NCBI GenBank assembly: GCA_963730285.1
Contig: CAVSQY010000008.1
Span: 57,433-121,432 of the forward strand
Length of the DNA: 64,000 nucleotides
Source: an uncultured Actinomycetes bacterium
GTDB lineage: Bacteria; Actinomycetota; Acidimicrobiia; Spongiisociales; ZC4RG35
Direction of reading: 5' to 3'
In this document: in pieces, positions 57,307 through 64,000 of the stretch
How positions within the stretch are numbered: the stretch's first letter is position 1
How the letters are laid out: every line of letters begins with the position of its first letter
Notes under the pieces: model-generated
Told to the model about the DNA's origin: nothing
What the model saw: only the letters and a program-made list of their open reading frames with translations
The model's database searches: none
Translations under genes and position numbers: made by a program

Positions 57307-57364
57307 GTCATCCGATCGTGGTCGAGAGTCGGCACGCTCACACCGACAGGGTCAGGGCAGGTCA

Positions 57365-58978
57365 TCACCCTCCCGCTCCCAGGGAAGCCACTATGTCCGA
57401 GTTGAGCACCGTGTTCACCAAGGAGCTGACCGAATCGGTGGTGGCATGGAAGACGAACTTGGGGAAGAACCCGATGACGACGATCAGCACGATCAAGGGC
57501 ACCCAGGACGTCAGCTCGAACCTGTCGACATCGTGGAACTCGTGTCCTGTCCACTCTTCTTTTGGCTCACCGAGGTTGACCTGTTGCAGCATCCACAGCA
57601 TGTACCCGGCCGTGAGAACGGTCCCCACCGCACCCAACACCATGGACGTGCGGAAAACGCCCAAGGAGAGCCCGGCAAGGGGGTTGTAGGAGCCGACCAG
57701 CGACATGAACTCACCCCAGAAGCCTGCCAACCCGGGAAGGCCGAGTGATGCCATCGCCGTGAAGGCGAGAATCCCACCCATGATGGGCATGAGCTTGATG
57801 TTGCCCCCCAGCCTCGACATCTCGCGGGTGTGGTAGCGATGGGACATCGACCCGGCCAGGAAGAAGAGAAGGCCGGTGATCAGCCCGTGAGCCACCATCC
57901 CGATGATGGCGGCGTTGATCCCTATGTCGGTCATTGTGGCGATGCCGAGCATGACGAAGCCCATGTGGCCCACCGACGAGAAGGCGATAAGACGTTTCAT
58001 GTCGGTCTGGGCCAGACAGGCCAAAGATCCGTAGATGATCCCTATCACTGCCAGGATGGCGATGGCCGGGGCCCATCGCGCCGCCTCCTGGGGCAGTATG
58101 GGAAGTGAGATCCTGATGAACCCGTATGCGCCGAGCTTCAACATGACCGCTGCGAGGAGAACCGAGCCCACGGTCGGGGCGGCCGTGTGGGCGTCGGGGA
58201 GCCATGTGTGGAGTGGCCACATCGGTACCTTCACCGCGAAGCCGAGGAACATGGCGCCGAAGACGAGGAAGGCGAATTGGCCGCCAAAGGCGCCCGATGC
58301 CCCCAAATTGGTCAGTTGGGTGATGTCGAAAGTCCTGGGGCCGGAGTTCCCGGACTCGAAGTAGAGGGCCAGGAATCCGAGCAGCATGAAGGCCGATCCG
58401 AACAGCGTGAACAGGAAGAATTTGATAGAGGCATAGAGCCTGGTCTGGATCTCCTTGCTGAACCCGGGGATCTTTCGCGGCGTGCGATCGCCCCAGATGC
58501 CGATCATGAAGTACATGGGCAGCAGCACGACCTCGAAGAAGATGAAAAAGAGGACCAGGTCGAGGGAGACAAACGTCCCATTCATCCCGGTGGCCAAGAT
58601 CAGCATGAGGATCAGGAACGCCTTTGGGTTCTTTGGCTCCTCCCAGTGGTTCCAGCTGTAGACAACGGCGAGAACCACCATGAAGGTGGAGAGCACGAGC
58701 ATGGGAAGGCTGATCCCGTCGATCCCCATGTGGTAGTTGGCGTTGATGGCCCCGATCCAACTGCGGTTGACCTCGAACTGGTAGTGGTTGTAGGTCCCGG
58801 CCCCGAAGTCGAATTGGAAGATGACGACCACGGAGAGGATGAACGCTGCCAGTGTCACCAGCAATGCCGTGGCCTTGAGTGCGTCCTCCCGTTCCTTGGG
58901 CATGAACCCAAGGAGCAGGGCGCCGGCGAGGGGCAGGAACACGATCAGTGTCAGGCCCCAGGTATCCAACCATTCCAT
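57365..58978 (-). CDS. nuoM: NADH-quinone oxidoreductase subunit M
   Basis: GIDGIS, KVPMWPLHTWLPDAH, DMKRLIAFSSVGHMG. Confidence 0.95.
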   Translation of the reverse strand: MEWLDTWGLTLIVFLPLAGALLLGFMPKEREDALKATALLVTLAAFILSVVVIFQFDFGAGTYNHYQFEVNRSWIGAINANYHMGIDGISLPMLVLSTFMVVLAVVYSWNHWEEPKNPKAFLILMLILATGMNGTFVSLDLVLFFIFFEVVLLPMYFMIGIWGDRTPRKIPGFSKEIQTRLYASIKFFLFTLFGSAFMLLGFLALYFESGNSGPRTFDITQLTNLGASGAFGGQFAFLVFGAMFLGFAVKVPMWPLHTWLPDAHTAAPTVGSVLLAAVMLKLGAYGFIRISLPILPQEAARWAPAIAILAVIGIIYGSLACLAQTDMKRLIAFSSVGHMGFVMLGIATMTDIGINAAIIGMVAHGLITGLLFFLAGSMSHRYHTREMSRLGGNIKLMPIMGGILAFTAMASLGLPGLAGFWGEFMSLVGSYNPLAGLSLGVFRTSMVLGAVGTVLTAGYMLWMLQQVNLGEPKEEWTGHEFHDVDRFELTSWVPLIVLIVVIGFFPKFVFHATTDSVSSLVNTVLNSDIVASLGAGG

Positions 58979-58994
58979 TTGCTCTCAGCCTCTC

Positions 58995-61022
58995 CTATAT
59001 GACGAAGACGAACAGGACAATCAAGACCAACGCGCCACCCACGAAGGAAGCCGCGTATTGCTGCACCCTCCCGGTCTGCAACTTGCGCAGAGCCGAGCCG
59101 GCGCCGTCGGCTGCCGCCGACAAACCGTTGAAGACACCATCGATCCCCCGCTGGTCCACACCGGCGTAGATGAAGGTGCCGAGACCCTTGATCAGCATTG
59201 CAACGCCGTTGACGATTGCGTCGATGATGTAGGTGTTGGTCCAATTGACGAAGTGGGCCACCGGGCCCATGGTCGCCGCCACCAACCCCAGCGCGGCGTC
59301 GTCGATGTAGTACTTGTGACGGAGCAGCGGGTAGAGGAGGGGAATCTCAAAGATGTCTCTCTCCTTCTGGGTGGGCCTGTCCTTTGAGTAGATGAGCCAA
59401 CCTGCGGCGAAACCACCCACCGCGGCGAGAAGGCCTATCGCGGCCAGACCCCAGTTGATCCCCTCCGCGTGATGATCTCCCATGGGGACGACGCGAACGG
59501 CAAGCCACTCGGTGAAGTTGCCGATTCCCGGGATCTCGACGCCCGGGATGTTGAACAAGCCGAAGAGGATGGAGGGGATGGCGAGAGCCACGAGAGGGCC
59601 GGTCATGACTCGTGGCGACTCGTGTGGCGTGCCGTGACCCTTGTAGTCCCCGTGGAAGGTGAGGGCGATGGCACGCGCCATGTAGAACGCTGTGACGAAG
59701 GCACCGGCAATGGCGATCCACATGACCGCGGTGTAGCCACCGTCACCCAAGGTGGCGAGGATCTCGTCTTTGGACCAGAACCCGGCGAAGGGGATGATCC
59801 CGGCAAGCGCCAGCGATCCGGCGACAAAGGTCCAGTAGGTGGTGGGCATGTACTTCCTGAGACCACCCATGTCGCTCATGTTGTTGGAGTGAACCGCATG
59901 TATCACCGACCCGGCCCCGAGGAAGAGGAGAGCCTTGAAGAAGGCATGAGTGAAGAGATGGAAGAGACCGGCGGTGTATCCACCCGCGGCCACAGCCGTC
60001 ATCATGTAGCCGAGCTGGGAGACGGTGGAGTAGGCGAGCACCTTCTTGATGTCGTCGGCGACCAGGGCGAGAAGACCCATGGCAAAAAGGGTTATGGCGC
60101 CGATAACCACCATGGTCGGGCGAGCGGCCTGTGCCATGTTCTGAAACAGGGGAAAGGTCCTGGCCATCAGGTAGACGCCTGCTGTCACCATGGTGGCGGC
60201 GTGCATCAAGGCAGACACCGGAGTTGGGCCGGCCATAGCGTCGGGAAGCCAAATGTGCAGGGGGAACTGAGCGCTCTTGCCCATCGCTCCGAAGAAGAGC
60301 AACGCACCGCCCACAACCGCTACCGCTGACAGCGCCTGCAATCCCCCCACTGCCGCCTCGTTGATAGCGGCGAAGTCGAATGAGCCCACCGAGGCCCCGA
60401 GGATGATTGTCCCCAGGATGAGGCCAACATCGGCGACTTTGTTGACCATGAATGCCTTGTTGCCGGCCCGTACGTTTTCCAAGTCCTCCCAGTAGAAGCC
60501 GATCAGGAGGTAGGAGGCGAGCCCCACACCCTCCCAGCCGATGATCATTTGGATCAGGTTGGGCGCCCCGACGAGGATCAGCATTGAGCCGGCAAACAAG
60601 GAGAAGGCTGCGAAGAACCACTCGACGCGGACGTCGCCGTGCATGTAGCCGACCGCATATATGAAGACAAACAGCCCGACCACGCTGACCAGGAAGTACA
60701 TCATGATGGAGAGCCCGTCGACCACCCAACCCAGCTCGAAGACCAGACCACTCCCGATGCGGGCTATCTCGAAAGTGGTGGTCGAGAGGACGCCTTCGGT
60801 CATGTTGGTCAGGAAGAGGATCAGGGCCCAAAGCGAGTTGATGGCCAGAGCGCCAATGGCGAGCTCCGCACCGTGATACCGCATCCGCTTGCCAAAGGCC
60901 ATGATCAGAAGGAAGGCGACCAAGGGGAGGGCCAACATGATCCCGGCTGTGTCTGCCCAAAACCCGCCGTTGCCGGCTGTCACGGCGTGCGTCGTCTCCT
61001 GGGCAAGGATCCACATCCCCAT
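58995..61022 (-). CDS. nuoL: NADH-quinone oxidoreductase subunit L
   Basis: WEGVGL.SYLLIGF, GKSAQFPLHIWLPDAMAGPTPVSALMHAATMV, HAFFKALLFL. Confidence 0.95.
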   Translation of the reverse strand: MGMWILAQETTHAVTAGNGGFWADTAGIMLALPLVAFLLIMAFGKRMRYHGAELAIGALAINSLWALILFLTNMTEGVLSTTTFEIARIGSGLVFELGWVVDGLSIMMYFLVSVVGLFVFIYAVGYMHGDVRVEWFFAAFSLFAGSMLILVGAPNLIQMIIGWEGVGLASYLLIGFYWEDLENVRAGNKAFMVNKVADVGLILGTIILGASVGSFDFAAINEAAVGGLQALSAVAVVGGALLFFGAMGKSAQFPLHIWLPDAMAGPTPVSALMHAATMVTAGVYLMARTFPLFQNMAQAARPTMVVIGAITLFAMGLLALVADDIKKVLAYSTVSQLGYMMTAVAAGGYTAGLFHLFTHAFFKALLFLGAGSVIHAVHSNNMSDMGGLRKYMPTTYWTFVAGSLALAGIIPFAGFWSKDEILATLGDGGYTAVMWIAIAGAFVTAFYMARAIALTFHGDYKGHGTPHESPRVMTGPLVALAIPSILFGLFNIPGVEIPGIGNFTEWLAVRVVPMGDHHAEGINWGLAAIGLLAAVGGFAAGWLIYSKDRPTQKERDIFEIPLLYPLLRHKYYIDDAALGLVAATMGPVAHFVNWTNTYIIDAIVNGVAMLIKGLGTFIYAGVDQRGIDGVFNGLSAAADGAGSALRKLQTGRVQQYAASFVGGALVLIVLFVFVI

Positions 61023-61327
61023 CACCACCTCATCAAGTTGAGGTCGTTGACGTTGGCCGACTTCCGATTGCGGAAGATCATCAAGACGATGGCAAGCCCT
61101 ATGCCCACCTCGGCGGCGGCGACGGTGATCACGAAGATGGCGAAGACCTGGCCGATGGCCTGACTGGATCGAAGAGATGCCTCGAAGGCGACCAGATTGA
61201 TGTTCACCGCGTTCAACATCAGCTCCACGGAGAGCAAGATGAGCACGATGTTGCGTCGGACGAGCAAGCCATAGATCCCCAGGGCGAACAGCGCCGCCGA
61301 CAACACCAGGAATTGATTTACCAGCAT
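61022..61327 (-). CDS. nuoK: NADH-quinone oxidoreductase subunit K
   Basis: RRN..LSVELMLNA, VAAAEVGIGLA. Confidence 0.95.
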   Translation of the reverse strand: MLVNQFLVLSAALFALGIYGLLVRRNIVLILLSVELMLNAVNINLVAFEASLRSSQAIGQVFAIFVITVAAAEVGIGLAIVLMIFRNRKSANVNDLNLMRW

Positions 61328-61878
61328 CAGACGGAGACCCTCTCTTCTTCCTCGGCCGGGCTCAGGTCACGTCTGGCGATGGTTATCCCACCGATCAGTG
61401 CCGCCAGCAAGACGAAGGAGACCACCTCGAAGGGGATCACGAATCGACCAAGCAATGACTCGCCGATCACCTCTGTCGGGGTGGCCTCGCCCGGGTTGGC
61501 AACCACACTCGAGCCAAACGCCTCGATCGACGCCCAGGAAAGGGCGACGAAGGTGGCAATAGATAGAAAGGCCGGCCAGATCTTCTTGTCGGCGTCGAGA
61601 CCCTCGTCGAGACCTGTCGGAGCGCGGGTGATCATGATCCCGAAGAGGAAGAGGACGATGACGGCTCCGATGTAGACCAGGACCAGGACCCAGGCCACAA
61701 ACTCTGCGGACAGCATCAGGAACAGCCCGGCGGTCCCTGCCAAAGTCGCCACCAGGAAGAGAGCGGCATGGACCATGTTCGGCGAGGTCACGACCCGGAA
61801 GGCCGAGACCAGGACGGCCAGGCCGATCACCACGAAGACCCAGTTGGCAGGTTCGGAGGCCCAGTCAACGATTGTCAC
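61327..61878 (-). CDS. nuoJ: NADH-quinone oxidoreductase subunit J
   Basis: HAALFL, AEFVA..LVYIGAVIVLFLF, PFEVVS.VLLAA. Confidence 0.93.
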   Translation of the reverse strand: MTIVDWASEPANWVFVVIGLAVLVSAFRVVTSPNMVHAALFLVATLAGTAGLFLMLSAEFVAWVLVLVYIGAVIVLFLFGIMITRAPTGLDEGLDADKKIWPAFLSIATFVALSWASIEAFGSSVVANPGEATPTEVIGESLLGRFVIPFEVVSFVLLAALIGGITIARRDLSPAEEEERVSV

Positions 61879-61887
61879 GGCGTCATC

Positions 61888-62376
61888 TCACTTCTCCAGG
61901 GCCGGTGCCTCGGGGACCGTCTTCAGCCAATCCTGGAGACGGTCCATGTCGTGCAACATGGCGCCCATCTTGGTTTCGGAGTATTCATACTCCGGTGACC
62001 AGAACAGGGCGTCGAATGGGCAAACCTCGACACAGATGCCGCAGTACATGCACAGGGCGTAGTCGATGTCGAAGCGGTCGAGCTCGGAGCGCACCTTTAT
62101 CCGGCCGCCGGGTTGCGCCGGTTCCTGCTCCTCTTTGTGACCCTCGATGTAGATGCACCAGTCCGGGCAGTTCCGGGCGCAGAGCATGCAGACAGTGCAA
62201 GCCTCCTGGTCCAGGGCGATAACACCCCTGGCCCGGGGGACAGGCTGCTCCTTGACCTTGGGGTAGTTGACCGTTGCCAGGTGAGAGCCGGGAAACAAGA
62301 TGGTCTTGAACATGGTGGAGATCGTCACCAATAGGCCCTTGACCATGCCCTTCCCGGGGAAGCTGCGCTCCGCCAT
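61888..62376 (-). CDS. nuoI: NADH-quinone oxidoreductase subunit I
   Basis: Two CxxCxxCxxxCP motifs; ATG overlaps the nuoH stop. Confidence 0.93.
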   Translation of the reverse strand: MAERSFPGKGMVKGLLVTISTMFKTILFPGSHLATVNYPKVKEQPVPRARGVIALDQEACTVCMLCARNCPDWCIYIEGHKEEQEPAQPGGRIKVRSELDRFDIDYALCMYCGICVEVCPFDALFWSPEYEYSETKMGAMLHDMDRLQDWLKTVPEAPALEK

Positions 62377-63380
62377 CAGAGCAACACCTTGAAAACGCCG
62401 GTCACCAGGATGTTGGCCAGGGAGATCGGGATCAACCATTTCCAGGCGAGACTCTGAAGTTGATCCTCGCGGAATCTGGGAAAGGTCCAACGGAACCAGA
62501 TGATGGCGAAGACGAGGATGAAGACTTTGGCGATCAGGATGATCGGGCCAACGACCGCCAACGTGTCTTCCGGAATCCCGGGAAGCCAGTAACCACCCAA
62601 GAACAAGGTGGCCGCAATGGCCGACATCGAGAACATGTTGGCGAACTCGGCGAGGAAGAAGAACAGGAACCGAAAACCCGAGTACTCGGTCAGATAGCCC
62701 ATGACCAACTCGGACTCGGCGATTGGCATGTCGAATGGCGTCCGGGTCAACTCGGCGAGGGCAGCGATCATGAATACGCCGAAACCGATGAATTGGGTCA
62801 CGATGAAGGGATAGCCCGCCGCGATCTGGGCCTCGACGATGCCGCTCATGCTCATGGTCCCGGCCATGATCACCGAGCCCACCACCGCCAGGACCAGGGG
62901 CAGCTCATAGGCGATCAACTGTCCGGCGGCGCGCAATCCGCCCATCAGGGAGTACTTGTTGGCCGATGACCAACCCGCCATGAGGACGCCGATCGTGCTT
63001 AGCGATGAGATGGCGAGGGCGTAGAAGATCCCGACGGACAGATCCCGGAATATCAACCCCGGCCCGAAAGGGATCACCACGAATAGGGCGACCGTTGAGA
63101 CCAGGACCAGGATCGGTGCCAGCTTGAAGGCCGGACGATCAGCGTCGGCGGGGATCAGGTCTTCCTTCTGGAAGAACTTGACCCCATCGGCTATCAGCTG
63201 GGCCCATCCCCATCGTCCGCCGGCGAAGTACGGCCCAACTCTTGCCTGCATCTTGGCGGAGAGCTTGAGCTCGGCGAATCCGACTACAAGTCCTATGACC
63301 GGTATCAACAGGGCTACCAGCAGAACCTTGCCGGCGAGAGACACCCAGAAGTTGGCGAAGAGGTCGGTGAGGAATTCCAT
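62376..63380 (-). CDS. nuoH: NADH-quinone oxidoreductase subunit H
   Basis: [42 protein letters not shown]. Confidence 0.95.
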   Translation of the reverse strand: MEFLTDLFANFWVSLAGKVLLVALLIPVIGLVVGFAELKLSAKMQARVGPYFAGGRWGWAQLIADGVKFFQKEDLIPADADRPAFKLAPILVLVSTVALFVVIPFGPGLIFRDLSVGIFYALAISSLSTIGVLMAGWSSANKYSLMGGLRAAGQLIAYELPLVLAVVGSVIMAGTMSMSGIVEAQIAAGYPFIVTQFIGFGVFMIAALAELTRTPFDMPIAESELVMGYLTEYSGFRFLFFFLAEFANMFSMSAIAATLFLGGYWLPGIPEDTLAVVGPIILIAKVFILVFAIIWFRWTFPRFREDQLQSLAWKWLIPISLANILVTGVFKVLL

Positions 63381-63388
63381 CAACTCGC

Positions 63389-64000
63389 CTACCTGTCCAC
63401 GTCGCCCAGGACGAAGTCGAGACTGCCCATGATCGCGATGATGTCCGGCACCAGGACACCTTCGAGGATCCACGGAAGTATGGAGATGTTCGAGAAGCTG
63501 GCCGAGCGGATCTTGAGCCGATAGGGGCCTTGACCCCCGTCCGAGATCAGGTAATAGCCCATCTCGCCCTTGGGATTCTCAGCGCGCACATAGGTCTCGC
63601 CCTTGGGCACTTTGATCACCTTGGGCACCTTCGCCTGGAGTGGCCCACTGGGGATGGTGTCGATCGCCTGCTGGATGATGTGGACCGACTGCCTTATCTC
63701 TTCGAGCCGGACGTGCCACCGATCCCAGCAGTCGCCGTCCCGACCTGTGGGCACATCGAAGTCGAACCGATCGTAAGGCAGGTAGTGCTCGACCTTGCGA
63801 AGGTCGAATTCGACACCCGACGCCCTCAAGTTCGGGCCCGACACCCCAAACGAGGCCGCCACCTCCGCCGGCAGAACGCCAATCCCCTTGGTGCGGGCCA
63901 GGATGATCTCATTGCCTGCCACCAAATCCTCGATCTCGTCGCAAACACCCAGAACCTTGTCCATCGCGTCCCGCGTCTCCGCGAGGAATCCCGCCGGCAG
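63389..64000 (-). CDS. nuoD: NADH-quinone oxidoreductase subunit D (5' part outside window)
   Basis: GPNLRASG..DLRK, ENPKGEMG, PYRLKIRS.SF, C-terminal DFVLGDVDR. Confidence 0.93.
   Translation of the reverse strand: MPAGFLAETRDAMDKVLGVCDEIEDLVAGNEIILARTKGIGVLPAEVAASFGVSGPNLRASGVEFDLRKVEHYLPYDRFDFDVPTGRDGDCWDRWHVRLEEIRQSVHIIQQAIDTIPSGPLQAKVPKVIKVPKGETYVRAENPKGEMGYYLISDGGQGPYRLKIRSASFSNISILPWILEGVLVPDIIAIMGSLDFVLGDVDR

Overview
High-GC bacterial DNA, most likely an actinobacterium of Acidimicrobiia type (inferred from GuaB3, a mycothiol-dependent MDMPI-family enzyme, Nur-, GlnR- and LexA-type boxes and many leaderless starts). The minus strand carries a housekeeping backbone: nuoD/H/I/J/K/L/M/N (no nuoEFG between D and H), trpS, guaB3-guaA, pcrA, a B12-binding mutase subunit, sucCD and purN-purH-folD. 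About 28 kb of accessory genes lie between sucD and purN. They cover Trp catabolism (TDO, an atypical kynureninase, and an aryl-CoA ligase/ECH/ACAD/RidA set resembling the 2-aminobenzoyl-CoA route), hutH-hutI, a Nur-controlled Ni/Co ECF transporter, an ammonium transporter, dinB, LemA-DUF2207 and a decayed HNH/DUF222 gene behind an SOS box. The most striking observations are: (1) an orphan CheA-REC hybrid and two other histidine kinases, each preceded by a sigma28/WhiG-like promoter; (2) a GlnR-boxed amt gene followed not by glnK but by a 30-aa membrane peptide; (3) a 15/16-identical promoter/start motif shared by two aromatic-CoA genes 11 kb apart; (4) a single-Trp leader-peptide attenuator at trpS; (5) two unusual fusions (degenerate TrxR-like + FNR, and Moco oxidoreductase + pentapeptide repeats); (6) probable CTG and ATC start codons. 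No rRNA, tRNA, CRISPR array or intact transposase was recognised. All calls come from reading motifs by eye; no database searches were run.
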